Source of the DNA: Negaprion brevirostris
Lineage: Eukaryota
Length of the DNA stretch: 64,000 bases
Direction of reading: 5' to 3'
NCBI GenBank assembly: GCA_030324005.1
Contig: JARDVH010000025.1
Location: forward strand, 59,466,786-59,530,785
This document shows, one piece after another, positions 37,200 to 50,680 of this stretch. Position numbers and translations under genes: made by a program. The notes below the pieces were generated by a model. The model was not told where the DNA came from. It made no database searches and saw nothing but the letters and a program-made list of their open reading frames with translations. Every line of letters starts with the position of its first letter. Within the stretch, counting starts at the first letter, position 1.

Positions 37200-38530
37200 A
37201 CCAGAGTCTTACCCACTATCAGATGGCCTTACCTCATGGAACTAGACAATGGCCTGCCAACCACAAAAGAGTGAAGAGCTGCCAGGAAAATGGCATCCCA
37301 CCAGACTTTCTCCAACATCTTGAAACTGGCCAAAAAGTGGTTACCGGCATTCTTCTCAATTGTGGTGGAGAACGGCCACATTCCCCAGATTTGGTGTGAG
37401 GCAATGATAATTGCCCTGTCAAAACTGGGAAAGCCAATAGATTGTGGGAGCTACAAGCCCATTTCATTGCTCTTTACAACTATAAACTCCTGGAACAGCT
37501 CATTCTTTTAAAAATTAGCTCTATTACTAATCCTTCCCCAAGTGCAGGCTGGCTTCCAACCCCAAAGCAGTAGCTCTGACAAGTCCATGCTATCACCTCA
37601 AAGACTGAGGCTGGTTTTTATTGCAAGCTCAAGACTATAGCTGTTTTCATCGATCTTCCTCAGGCTATGGTACAATGTGTAAGCATGGACTGATGCTCAA
37701 ACTGTCCCAGCTGTTGCTCTGTACCAAACTACCCCAGCTCCTATGGATGTTTTTGAGCATCAGATGGATGAAAGATTACCTACAAGACAAGGTCAGTGCT
37801 GTAAAAGCACTCAACAGTGGTCTCCCACAAGGTAGTGTCCTGACACTGATACATTTTAACATCGACAAAGGAACATGTACATCAAATTATCACAAAAAAT
37901 TATTTACGTCAAAGTAATGAAGATAATATCAGGAACTCTGTGAGATNNNNNNNNNNTCAACTCTCCCTCCATTCGACGGGATGCAGCACCCTGAAGGAAA
38001 CTAACTCGTGTCTGCAGCAACTTTGACCTCCCCATTCACTGAGACCTTCAAGACTCCCCTAAGCACTGCAAGCCTCTACAAAATCCACTCTGGTCGCAAA
38101 TTGAACACTTCTAATTCCAAAATACTGTTGAAACCAGGAGAAAAATAAACACCTTGGTCGGAATTCTCTGTTCTTGCACACCCTGCTATCACAGCAGCAA
38201 GTACAGGGAATTTCGCTCTCAGCTAAATTTGCGTTCACAGCAGCAGGACCAGATAATTGCAGCCACAGACAAGATCGGAGAATTCCAGCCATTGTCTCCC
38301 ACCTGACACTCAACAATCAGGTTTCAATCTGCCCCCGGAGCATATGGACAACCCTCAGTCGAATATGAATTGGGCACAGTCAACATGGTCACCTGATGTA
38401 CAAAACCTGGCCTGATTGCAACTGCAAAAACCCTGACCAAACCATGCCTCACATTATTACATCTTGTTCCTAAGTTTGGGTCCCATCCTGAAGTTACATT
38501 TGTTCTCCAGGAGGGCATTCGACTGGTTTG
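37200..38530 (+). mobile_element. Vingi/Ingi-like non-LTR retrotransposon remnant (RT domain and C-terminal CCHC region)
   Basis: KKWLPAFFS..IPQIWCEAMIIALSKLGKP..SYKPISLL, QAGF, KHGLMLKL, LNSGLPQGSVL, and C-terminal WTTLSRI*IGH..PDCNCKNPDQTMPHIITSC; multiple frameshifts. Confidence 0.7.
38156..38290. mobile_element. Harbinger-like MITE with ~21-bp imperfect TIRs nested in the Vingi-like LINE
   Basis: Left end ggtcggaattctctgttcttg versus reverse complement of the right end ggctggaattctccgatcttg. Confidence 0.72.
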
Positions 38531-39854
38531 GGAACTTGACTAAATGGTGTGACAACAGTTTCTGTTCCTAAAGCCATGCCAGAGAAGTAAAATGACTGAA
38601 ACCCAATGCTTCCTTCTACTCTTCTCAAAGCTGAAAGTTACTTGGCAGGCAACAAGTAATGTTGAGAATGACAGGATAAGACATATTTGAAATAATGTTT
38701 ATGGTTCATAAACATTGGCTGTAAAAGTAATAATTCAGCAAACCTTTAGAGCAATTGATTTCCCTTATGAAGCTACAAAATTTGAAGTTTTCGGTTTGAG
38801 ATCAGAAATCTGAAGTTGGGACCAGTTTGAAGTCCCAACCTACTTGGTTTATTCCAGACACACCCACCAGGATTTTTAAAGAGCCAAGCAAATTGTGGCA
38901 GGTAGTGGGCAAATAACATTCATGCAACACAAGTGCCGGACAGTAACCGCCTCCAATAAGAGAATTTAACAATCTCCCCTTGACGTATGTGGGTGGGAAG
39001 TGTAACTGACAATGAGAGAAACTCCTCAATTGTAATGGCAGAATCAGGTTGTGAAATGAGCACAGCAGCTGGCGACGTAAAATTGTGAGCTTACAAGTCT
39101 CAAATCCTGACCACAAACTGTTTTTAAAATCCAGCCAAAGAATTTCCACTACACTCCCTATTTCTAATATGTGGTACTCCATTTTGGTTCCAGTAGAGTT
39201 CGAGGCAGGCTGCTCCTCAGCTGACAACTGAGATGATCATAGCTGACATACTTGAGTTTTGGAGCCTGTAATGGCCCTGCCAAATACTGTCCCATCTGCA
39301 CTTGGGAGCATTGTCAGTCATTATTGGGCCAGGAGGCAGAATGTGGATCTGACTGAGCTGTCACTAATGAAATGGAAGAGTGGGAGATCTTTGAGCAGAG
39401 CCCTCACTTCCCTATCTGCTTTTTTGATCTTCCCTCTCATGGGCTTGTCAAACATCCATGCTATCCAAAACTTGGAGAACTCTTTGTTGCACTTCAGTAA
39501 TGCACTGAACAAGCAAGGCAAGGTTCTCCTCCACCCTATTTAAGCTGGCAGACAGTATCCAGACAACTGTGAACTTTCAGAGCAACGTACAAATAGTTGT
39601 TTACCTGCAATGTTTGGCTCTCCATGCAGATGGACACTCTTCCTATTGCAGGAGACATCTGAGCAAAAGCCAGAGATGTCATGGTGGAGACAGATTCTTC
39701 CACCCTCTCTCCAGTCATGCACTGTGCTTCTAGAAATGCTGACAGAACCCAGCATGTTTTCGTTGATCTTCCAAAATAATCATCTTCACCAATGATCAGT
39801 ACCCGTGTCCAGCTGAATTAAGCTTTGAGTGTTCTGCACCTTCTACAGATTCAT

Positions 39855-40027
39855 TAAAAGATGTGCTAGTTAGGTGGAGTAGCCACACTAAATTGCCCCT
39901 TAGTGTCAGGGGAAGTAGCAGGGTAAATACATGGAGTTATAGGGATAGGGCTGGGTGAGATTGTGGTTGGTGCAGACGCGATGGGCCGAACGACCTCCTT
40001 TTGCACTGTAGGATTCTATGATTCTAT
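39855..40027 (+). mobile_element. HE1-type SINE 3' half
   Basis: aaagatgtgctagttaggtgg..taaattgccccttagtgtcaggg..gattctatgattcta. Confidence 0.8.
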
Positions 40028-40649
40028 CAGCTGAGGGAGGATGGTAGGTGTAATCAGCAGAAGCTTTTCTTGCCCATGTTTGACCTTATACCATGAGACT
40101 TCATGGAGTCCGGAATCAATGTTGAAGACTCCCAGGATAACTCCCTCCTAACTGTACAACTGTGCCTGGTACATTTGCTGTAAGGTATGACTCGGCGAGT
40201 GTGGGCAGGATCTTCTGACCTAACCTGCTGCCAGGATTGTCTGGTCCTGTCAAAAGCCAAAGGACTTGTAGCTGGGCTGTCACATTCCCCCATGGCTAGT
40301 CTTGCCGCAATGGAGCCAGAAACTCCCAGCATATGAAAATGTTAGGCTGTTGCTTGATTAGCCTGTGGGATAACATAACATTACCACCATGTCATTGTCC
40401 CTTTTAAAATTACCTTGATTGTATACAGTATTTCCTCTTGTCTTTGACAACTGGTACCCCACCATCAACCTTCCCTTCCTCCCAAGGTCCTGAAGTTACA
40501 CTTATAAAGAGATAGAAAGACTCCAACAAGAATCTCACTGTTATTATATATGAGAACTTTTGCATGTGTGTTTTAAAAGGGAACTCATTTATTGTGGCTT
40601 AGGTATAAAGGCTGATGATATGTTCCCAATGTGGAATTTGGTTTGTGCA

Positions 40650-41375
40650 TCATAAGAACATCAGAACTAGGATCAGGAGTAGGCCATCTGGCCCCTTGAG
40701 CCTGCTCCGTCATTCAATAATGGCTGATCTTTACATGGACTCAGCTCCACTTATCCACCTTTTTACCATCCTTGCCTTAAAAACATTCAATGAGGTAGCC
40801 TCAACTGTTTCACTGGGCAGGGAATTCCACAGATTCACAACCATTTGTGTGAAGATGTTCCTCCTCAACTCAGTCCTAAGTATGCTTCCCCTTATTTTGA
40901 GGCTATGCCCCCTACTTCTAGTTCCACTCACCAGTGGAAACAACTTTCCTACATCTATCTTATCTATTCATAATCTTAGATGTTTCTATAAGATCGACCC
41001 TCATTCTTCTGAATTCTAATGAGTATTGCCCCGGTCTACTCAACCTCTTCTCAAAAGCCAACCCTCTCAACTCTGGAATCAACCTAGTGAATCTCCTCTG
41101 CACCTCCTCCNNNNNNNNNNNNNNNNNNNNNNNNNNNNNNNNNNNNNNNNNNNNNNNNNNNNNNNNNNNNNNNNNNNNNNNNNNNNNNNNNNNNNNNNNN
41201 NNNNNNNNNNATTAACTTGCCCAACACTACCTCTTTCATGGTACTGATAGTTTTTAGATTCTCACCTGCCATAGCCTTCCTGTCATCAATTTTTGGCATG
41301 TTATTTATGTCTTCCACTGTAAAGACCAACACGAAATACCTGTTCAATGCCTCAGCCATTTTCTTATTACCAATA
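40650..41375 (-). mobile_element. CR1 LINE fragments
   Basis: MFPLVSGTRSRGHSLKIRG..LWNSLP and GNKKMAEALNRYFVLVFTVED. Confidence 0.9.
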
Positions 41376-44300
41376 ACTTTGAGACATTGATGTATGCAAA
41401 TTTTCAGGCTCACAATAGTTATTTAGGGGATGACAGTTGATAGCTCTTTCAGGTATAAAGACTCTCAAGGTGGCCAAGATTGGGTTTGGGGCTGAAATAT
41501 AGATTCACCTCATGCTTAACACAAGACATCAAAGAAAATCTAATTGGAGTTTGCACTGTGAACAACTGCTCAGAGGATTGTTAAGGGACTGATTGCCACT
41601 TCATCCCTGAGCTGTTCCGAAATCTGCTGCAAAATTTCAGCAAGAAAAAGTATCTACAGATTCAGTAGAAGTGAATGTGAGGAGCCCAAATATATTGCTA
41701 TATGAAAATTGCATTTAATCAGCATTTGAGCGCTAACATGCAGGTTTTTGCTTTAGCATCAACAGGCAAGTTCAAATCATGGTAATCAACAATTAGATCC
41801 ATTATTATGTGCTAAAATCAGTCTTTCAAACAGGCATGTCTCATTAGCACAGCACCCATTTAGAGCATGCTTTTAACCTTCCACCAAAATTGCTCTCTTG
41901 GAATGACTCCTCACCCTGAACCACAGCAAATCATTTAATTGACAGCCCATACACTACTGCTTAACTTACGGCTGAGTAATAGAATTATTTTTAAAAGAAT
42001 GGTAAAATGCAAGAGAATGATGATTAATTCACATTTATCATTTTGGCAAGGAAATAAAACCACAAATATGATTCAAATGTTCTGAAAAATTATTGGTGAA
42101 TCTGAAATAATAGTATTTGTATTTCAGAAGTATCTCAAAGAAGTGCACATATTCTATACACATGTATAATGCATTCTCATGATGATTAATTTCAGAGCTG
42201 CAGCTTAGCAAATCATCCTGCTGATTTATGTGCAGCACTAATGTAATACTTGTCTCTGTAATATTTTAGTGTTGTGCAGATCTCATCAGCATAATAGGAA
42301 TAAGGCATATGCAGATTATACTTGCAGTGAAAATCTGAAAAACTTTTTTTCACAACACATTTCAGTGTTACAACGTCTGAAATTATTCTATTGAACATGA
42401 TGGGCACAGTTTTATGGGCTTGCTTGGACGAGGTGGTAGAATTCCGGCCGATAAGTCTTAGCTTGTTTCTCAGGGTGGGATTTTCCATGCATTGCAGTAA
42501 GAACAGAAGTGGCTGTGAAAATCAATATGTTTCCTGCTGGCAAAGTGGTGGGTTTTCATGCTTTATTGTCCACTCCCCACATCGTTAATTATACAGGCAA
42601 AGGAAATACACCGGATTACTTGCAGGTGGTCTCTCATTCCTCCACCCTGCCATGACTTCAGTGTCTCCTGACTGCAGACACCATATTTAAACTGCACCAG
42701 CCAGAGGCAGATTGAGAATGCATAGGACCCTGAGCTCACCTTTAATTTTGTGGCCACCCACCACTCCAAAATCTGAAGGCTGAAGCCTGCCCCTCTCATA
42801 GACTTTCTCCTCTCCACACCCATCCCAAACATCCTGGGGGGCGACCTTAGCAGAATCTGGCAAAGTGTCAGGGCCTGATTCAAAAACCAGTGAGAAACAC
42901 GTCGGTTTTCTCTCCATATCTTCTGGCATTCTGTCAAAAAAAGCGAGCGTGTTTCATGCCATCATGAAGAGGGAAAGGGCCTAAACACAACGGTACTGCT
43001 AGCTGCACTATCAGGAGGCCCTTTTTAAAGGATGCCCCAATCAGAGAAAAGAATGACCTCCCCCACCCCACCACAGAGGTCTCATGGTCTCTCCTACCAC
43101 CCCCTGCCCACAATAAAAGTTGGCATCCCCGCTCCCCCAAAATATTGCTGACATCCCCAACTCCCTATCCAAACAGCCATTGTTGGCATCTTCAGCTCTC
43201 ACATCCAGTCCCCCCATCACCACAAATGGCCTGGTGTCAACTTGGTAGTGCCAACCTCTGCCAGGGGCCTGGCCATGTCCCTTTCCTCCGGGGCTATGCT
43301 CACCTTCATGGCCCTGATGGGATACCCAACAGATTGTAAACTTCCATGGACACAGTTTGAATATACACCTAGGGGGAATATGTGGCAAGAAAAGTTAATT
43401 ATATTCAAATATATGTTAATGTATTAAAATGTATTCTAATGGTTTCAAATTTGGTTAATGCCCATTATGGGCATGAACCTGATTATGTTGCCAATGATGG
43501 CTGATGAAAATTGGGGCGTTTTTTAGATTTGACCAGAACTTGAGTGCCTGCCATCGAATCCATGGAAAGAGGGAATGGGTTCAAGATCCCACCCTCTCTT
43601 TCCCCCTTGCACACACTTGCTCTTCCTTCCCACATCTCACACGTACTCTCACTTCCTCTCTATTTGTCACACACACTCTCTACTTCCACTCTAAATGCAC
43701 ACAATCTCTCTCTGCTCACCACTGCATGCACATTCTCTCTTGCCTCAGCCTCCCACCACCTCCCCCCACCAATGGTGTAGTGGGAAATTTTGAAGTGCAG
43801 CAGATCTAAGAAAGTATGTTGGCCACATAATTTTCTCAATCTTCTATTATGTTCTTTTCCTCTGTATTAATCATTTGAGTCCCCAAACATCAGTAAAATT
43901 ATGCTTTTTAAGTGAAAGATATTAGTGCTGGTTGGCATTTCAAACCAAGGGTCATTGAATCATTAAACCTTAGCATAGCTAGAAGTTTATGATGCAACAT
44001 TTTAATGATGTAATTCAAGCCCATTACAAACATGAATTACAATGTTTTACTAACAAAACTGGGTAAATAGAGTTAAGATATAGATCAACCGTAATGGTAG
44101 AACAAGCTCAAAAGTTCTTGTACCCGAACAGACAGCAGAGTTTGGCGACTAGGGCATTTTCACAGTAACTTCATTGCAGTGTTAATGTAAGCCAACTTGT
44201 GATAATAAAAATAAATAAAAAGTTCTGATCTAGATATTAATGAATGGGGCTTGGCACATGTGTGCAAGTATTCATGCATCAAGCTCTTTCTCCAGTCAGT

Positions 44301-44539
44301 TCAAATTAGTCCAGAAACTTCAGTCAACTAAAATAATGGCTCACATATTACGTCTTCAATTCTCTACAACATTCAAGGTTAAATGATATCAGGTCCAGCA
44401 ACCTAATCATCTTCAGTGACCAAAATGAAGCTAAGCCATTTTGCACTTACCTTCAAGGATTGAATATCTAAAACATTTATACCTACCACTGTATCTTTTT
44501 CAATAGTGAAAATGATTACAAAGCTTATAGCTGCAGCTA

Positions 44540-44800
44540 TATAAGAACATAAAAAACATAAGAAATAGGAACAGGAGTAGGCCATCTAGCCCTTCGAGCC
44601 TGCCCCGCCATTCAATAAGATCATGGCTNNNNNNNNNNNNNNNNNNNNNNNNNNNNNNNNNNNNNNNNNNNNNNNNNNNNNNNNNNNNNNNNNNNNNNNN
44701 NNNNNNNNNNNNNNNNNNNNNNNNNNNNCATGGCTGATCTGTCGTGTCTCAGTTCCACATTCCCGCCCTCTCCCCATAACCCTTAATCCCCTCGCTTATC
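44540..44800 (-). mobile_element. CR1 3' tail fragment
   Basis: ataagaacata..ggagtaggccatctagcccttcgagcctgccccgccattcaataag, nearly the same as 33835-33902. Confidence 0.8.
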
Positions 44801-45369
44801 AAAAAGCTGATACCTATACATGCAATCTTGCCAATGGGATGAGGAGGGTGTTGAGAGTGAGGTGGAAAGAGGATGTGGGATGGGGGTGAGGGAGTGTGGG
44901 ATGGGGCTGAAGGAGAGGAAAGGAGGTAGAAGGGTTTAAACAGTTGCAATTCTGGTTCCCACCACCTAAGCCTGGAACACCTCCAATTCCAGATCCATCC
45001 ATTCAATAGCCACTTGGGCTGGCACTTTCTCAGATTGAAACTCCCAAATGCCAATTGCTGCTGCGCACTCATAACGACGAACAGGTATTGGGGGCAGGGG
45101 GTCCTCTGTTTGCATACTGCCACTCTTCACCGCATAGACACACAGTGCCACTACCGCATTTGTAATGTAGTTCCAACCAGTGATTATGTCACAATAAACA
45201 GTTAACCTATCCTCTGTGATTAATTCAACAAAGTGATTGATACGTAAATTCTGAAAGGAATTTCAAAGTAGTTCTATCCTGATTGTCTGTGAGAGACTCG
45301 GTCAACATTTTGGGGCCCTCTGCTATTGGGGGCCCTGTGCTTGGGTACAGTGCATTTCACTGTAAATCC

Positions 45370-48300
45370 ACGTTGGCACCTTGCATACAAATCTCAATCT
45401 GTGCAGCCCACAACACAGAGAAGGCAAAAAGAATGTCTTGGAGGCTTGGAACACTGAGGTAGTGGTGATCAGTGCCAATACTGCACAAAAGCAGTCGGTC
45501 ATCCAATACAAAAAGAGGATGAATGATCCACGTTAAGTCAACCAACTCATTACTCTCAACTCATGCGCTCGCATGCCCGTCACATGTTGACAGGGATCTT
45601 ACACATTGCCAGTTCAAGGGCCATCACCACTCAGTCTCTCACACATGCTCGCATTTTCATCTGGGTTCTTCCTCTGAAGGTCATATCCTCATCCCGTCCA
45701 TGCCTCCACTCACCATCCAACCATCCGTATCATCTGAAACAAAAACAGAAAAACATTGGAAGATCTCAGCAGGTCTGACAGCATCTGTGGATAGAGAATA
45801 GAGCCAATGTTTGTCATCTGCCCTGGCATGTGTCTTGCTCACACACTTTCCATCTGTCCTTATACAGGGCAAACTCGCACACAATCGCAGAGAAATGTGT
45901 CAGGCCAGGAGTGGAGTGTCGGACTCAATGCCCTCACTTAGTTTGAGAACAGAGCCATTGGCCTTGCCAGAGAGGACATTGATCACTCCTGCGGCAACAG
46001 TGATGTCAGGATAAATGCGAGGAGCCTGCACCAGATCATCCATCGGTTCACTTTACTATGATGCACTATCCTGTTTTTCACTCAACTGCTATGCATTAAT
46101 TATTTCTTTGTTCTGTCATTGGTACCTATGTGAATGCCTCCTTTTTATGATGAGCTGTGTTGCTGCTATCTGTCAGGTCTGGTAACATGATTTTCCTCAG
46201 AGTCATCAAACATGTCTCTATCATGGGTCCCTCATCTATATAGGGTGCTTCCATGTCAACACATCTGTGATGTTTTGACCTTAACATTAAGTATGCTTGT
46301 AAAACGAATTTCCTTTAAATACTTTGCATGGTCATGTCATATTTATTCTTGGCTGTGTAAGATTGAGGCAGAAGTGTTCATAGAGTCCCTACAGTGCAGA
46401 AGGACATCATTCGGCCCATCAAGCCCGCACTGACAATCTCCTATCTCGTCTGCTTTCTTATAAGGTGAATGTATAGTGCACAAGGAGAGTTGTGTTCATG
46501 CATGGAGAAGGGTCATATATCATGCAACTTGACGTGTTCTCTGTCTTTTAGCAGAGGCTTCATGCCATGAACCCATACTCNNNNNNNNNNNNNNNNNNNN
46601 NNNNNNNNNNNNNNNNNNNNNNNNNNNNNNNNNNNNNNNNNNNNNNNNNNNNNNNNNNNNNNNNNNNNNNNNNNNNNNNNNNNNNNNNNNNNNNNNNNNN
46701 NNNNNNNNNNNNNNNNNNNNNNNNNNNNNNNNNNNNNNNNNNNNNNNNNNNNNNNNNNNNNNNNNNNNNNNNNNNNNNNNNNNNNNNNNNNNNNNNNNNN
46801 NNNNNNNNNNNNNNNNNNNNNNNNNNNNNNNNNNNNNNNNNNNNNNNNNNNNNNNNNNNNNNNNNNNATCCCCCTACACTAGAGTTAATTTAGCATGACC
46901 AATCAACCTGACCTGTACATCTTTGGACTTTTGTGCCATGTGGAAACAAGGATTTCATCACAAACTAGGGATGCAGCACTGTGCGTCCCCTCACCTGAGC
47001 ATTCAGCAAAGTCACTGATGCTAATTCCAAATGGTCATTGCTGGCAGCAGTAGAGGCTTTGAGCATAGTCTACAATACACATTGTTACCTTATAAAATCT
47101 GGACAGCAGCAATAGGACAGGAACGAGGATGTATTGAAGCTGACATTCTCTTTACCAGCAATGATGCATACCCTTGAGGGTTTCATGGTGTCTGAGCATT
47201 TTGGACTTGGCAAGGACCAGGAATTGTCGTGAGGACACAGTGTCTGTGTTAAAGAGGAGCTATTTTAATGTGTGACAGGCAANNNNNNNNNNTTTGACAT
47301 TGTTATGCTCAGGTGGTCCTCATCCATATTAAATATTATGAGGATAAATGCAGTCCAGGATCCCTAACTGAACATGCCAGATGTCAACATGATTTGGAAG
47401 AATGCACCACCGACAACTGAGTCATTTCCACCATAGCAGAATATCAATTGTTAGAATGTAACCAGTGACAACTTTGTATTGGATATAATATGACCAATGG
47501 GAACAAGAAGTAAGGATCAGCTGACCAATAAAACATGGAACCAATTACAGAATGATGTAATAGTCAGCTGACCAGCTGATTCACAATAAATAAGAAATTA
47601 TATAGCATTGTGGGCAACTTGGAGTGGCTCAGGGTGAGGCCCCAAGTTTGGAATAATGATGTTTCTTTATTAAATCCTTTCCTTGGATTTATCAGTTGGA
47701 GTAAATTTTGTTGTATTTTCATTAGCTGCATGCTGAAGAGTTCCTTCTGAAGAAACACCAGTGATTGTCTTGTCCCAAGTGTGAATTGTTTCCAATGCTT
47801 TGGAAGGATCTCCTTGAGGAGCCTTGTCACATTGAAGCCATATAATGGCTCTGAGACCATTGAGGTTGAACAACAGCTCTTGGCTTTTATAGGGTGCCGT
47901 TGTGACTGGGACGCTCGAGAGACACTTGTAGAGGCAGCATCTTCTGATGCCGGGACTCCCTCTTCCAGTTAGCACGCCATCACAGCAAGGACACATGCGG
48001 CTGTAAGTTCAGCATCCTTAAAAGAATCAGGACAATGAGAACCCTACAAGTAACTGTTTATTCTAATATTGAAGTGCATAGATCAAGTATTCATGCTGAG
48101 TTCTTGCCCTAGAGAGTGCTCACTGCAATTCGTCATCACCCTGGTGGAGTCTAGAGGCTATCAGAGCCTCGCATACCTGCCTCATTAGGCCTATATGATG
48201 GTGTCTTGCCCTGCAGCAAAATCTGCCTTGAAGTCATCANNNNNNNNNNNNNNNNNNNNNNNNNNNNNNNNNNNNAGATGTACATCTCCTCCATTTCATC

Positions 48301-49130
48301 ATCTGGCAAGTTTGCCAGTGCCAAGTTGTTCAAGGTGCAGCAAGCCATGATGGTATGTGGGACCCTTTGGGACTCTGTACTACGCTAGATCTGTCCAAGT
48401 ATCAAAATCACACTTTAGAATCTCTATGATGTGCTACACAAATGTTCGGCTACTGTCATGAGCTTTGTTGCACCCTTTCTCTGCAGGGGTCTGAGGCCAC
48501 CTTACAGATGTCATCAGCTGCATTATCTGTGGGTACCCTTGTCACCAAGGAGCCGGTCCTGGATCCTGTTTTGCTGTTGGTCCTTCAAAGATGCCGGGAT
48601 CTGTGATCTACCCAAACTTTTGTATGAGTTGTGGATGCTTCCTGGGTATCTGGCACAAACCTGCATGATCAGCATCTTGTGGTGACAGTCCAGCTGTACA
48701 TTGAGTGAGTGGCAGTCTTTCTGATCTATGTATTGCAGTACCTATTGCAGGATATTTTTTTTATTGCCATATGGCCTTGATGGAAAAGGAGTCTGTGATC
48801 TCATGATGCATTTGTACATGGACGCTTGAGAGATCCCACAGAGATGGAACTTTGGAAAAAACCAGTAGAACAGAAGTCCAGAGTGGCTACTTTCACAGCC
48901 ACCAGCAAAGGATGCCCTCCCAGTCACCATTGCACCAATTCCTGGAGAATGTAGTAAATTTGAGTCCCTAGATCCCTGGACATATGGAGCCATCAGTGAC
49001 ATTGGTTCTTGCTCATCTGCATATGAGACATGAGAGTTCTGTAGAGCCTGGGTCCTGGGAGCTGCTTACGTATGGCATCTCTGTGAGCCTCATTCCCTGC
49101 ATCTAAAGCAGGCCTGCTGGCCCTTGGTCT
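45370..49130. mobile_element. Large decayed PIF/Harbinger element: spliced Myb/SANT gene (+) and HARBI1-like transposase (-)
   Basis: Plus: AWNTEVVVISANTAQKQSVIQYKKRMND near 45445-45530, then acag|GKLAHNRREMCQARSGVSD..FENRAIGLA near 45868-45975. Minus: GGHPLLVAVKVA..LCGISQASMYKCIM, QYIDQKDCHSLNVQLDCHHKMLIMQVCARYPGSIHNSY, RLLGDKGY and IMACCTLNNLALA between about 48280 and 48930. Confidence 0.82.
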
Positions 49131-49319
49131 TGGGGCTCCTTCTTACAAATGACAAAGTAATCTCTCAATCACTTGCTTTCCAATATTATATCGTAAGTCC
49201 ATTGTCTTTGACAGTAGGGATCAGTTGTGTGACTCTGATCTGTCACCAGGGCTTGGATATCATACATCATGATNNNNNNNNNNNNNNNNNNNNNNNNNNN
49301 NNNNNNNCAGGAATAATAT

Positions 49320-49720
49320 GATTTCCTTCAGTGTTGATTCTGTTGTTTAGCTCTGGATTCATTTTTGGTTTTGGTTGTTTCTTCATGACAATTGGGCATG
49401 TTGAGAGTCAAATCTACTGAACCTTTAAATATCATTCAACCTCATCTTCAGCTATTTTAATACTTTTCAAGAAATTAAATGCAATGTTTCTGTCTCAGTG
49501 TTGTACTTTATACTTACCAATATCAAATTTCACTTCACATTCATCTGTCTATTTGCATTTATTGTGCAACTCATTTTATAGTTCTGAGGATGTTTCTTTA
49601 ATTTGATGTTGTTTGCACATTCAACCACATCTGGTGCATTTTGATTGGTGATAGGAGGTTCTTTTCCAGCCAGTTTATTTTCTTCAGCATTTATCAAGGC
49701 ATATTCAGTTAAGATCATTA
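49320..49720 (-). mobile_element. Highly decayed CR1-like RT C-terminal fragment
   Basis: Across frames: ANNIKL..ANRQM..KFDIGKYKVQH..EDEVE*YL.V, resembling FADDTKL/WQMKFN..KCKVLH/ERDLGV. Confidence 0.45.
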
Positions 49721-50359
49721 CATTTCCTGCTCAGACTGTAATCACTTGAAGTAATTTACTTTAACAAGCATACTTTAAGTTAACTACTTTAAACAAGCTT
49801 ACATTTTTATACATATATCAATATCTTCATCTATGATAGGTTAACAAAACATCAGTCTCAGTAACTTTGTGATCAGACTGAGTACAGATATGTAGGTTTC
49901 ATACTTACTCATTATGAACTAAAGTGCAACTGGCAAGAGTAATTGGCTGTTGCCAAGTTCAATTGCCAATAACATTTGTCTTAAGTCTCAATGTAGCTTC
50001 TGTCAGAAGTCATATATTTTTCTCTGCATCCTTTTTATTTGTGTGCAACTTTGAAAGTGGAAACTATTTTTCGTAGTCAGTATGCAAAATCAAAGTCTCA
50101 AAAAGAACTTTGACACAATTCTAAATTGACCACCAAATTACTTTAGATATTGAAGTTATTGTTGCAAGAATACTAAGCACAATAAATGAAAATTGGCCTG
50201 TATAGCAATTTTACTCCTTTGTTGCAAAAAAGCCCTTTGTTATATGAAGGTTATCCTATGATTTATTCCAATTAATATTTGTGAATTCTTCCGTGAAATA
50301 CCCTGTTCCAACTGCCTGAATATTTACTATCCTTCGGGTGATACCAATGTACTTTTTTA

Positions 50360-50680
50360 TTCATTCAGGGTATGTGAGCATCACTAGCTGAGTCCATCCC
50401 TTATTGTCCTTGAGCTGAGTGGCTTGCCAGGCCACTTCAGAGAGTACTTAAGAATTAACCGTATTGCTGTGTATCTGGAGTCACATGTTGGTCATTCTGG
50501 GTAAGGATGGAAAGTTTCCTTCCCTAAAGGACATTAGTGAACCAGAAACCAGTAAATCAAAAATGATTTCATGGTCATCATTAGATTTTTATTGAATTCA
50601 AATTTCTCCATCTGCCATGGTGAGATTTGAACCCAGGTCAGAGCATTACCCTGGGTCTCTGGATTACTAGTCCATCATCA
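50360..50680 (-). mobile_element. SINE-like repeat (family of 668-975)
   Basis: ttattcattcagg..ctgagtggcttgccaggccacttcagag..ccctaaaggacattagtgaaccaga..ggtctctggattactagtcca. Confidence 0.78.

Noticed and set aside
49530-49718. Minus-strand ORF near a GTAAGT donor, considered as an antisense gene exon
   Set aside because: There is a stop before the donor, and adjacent frames resemble a decayed CR1 RT.
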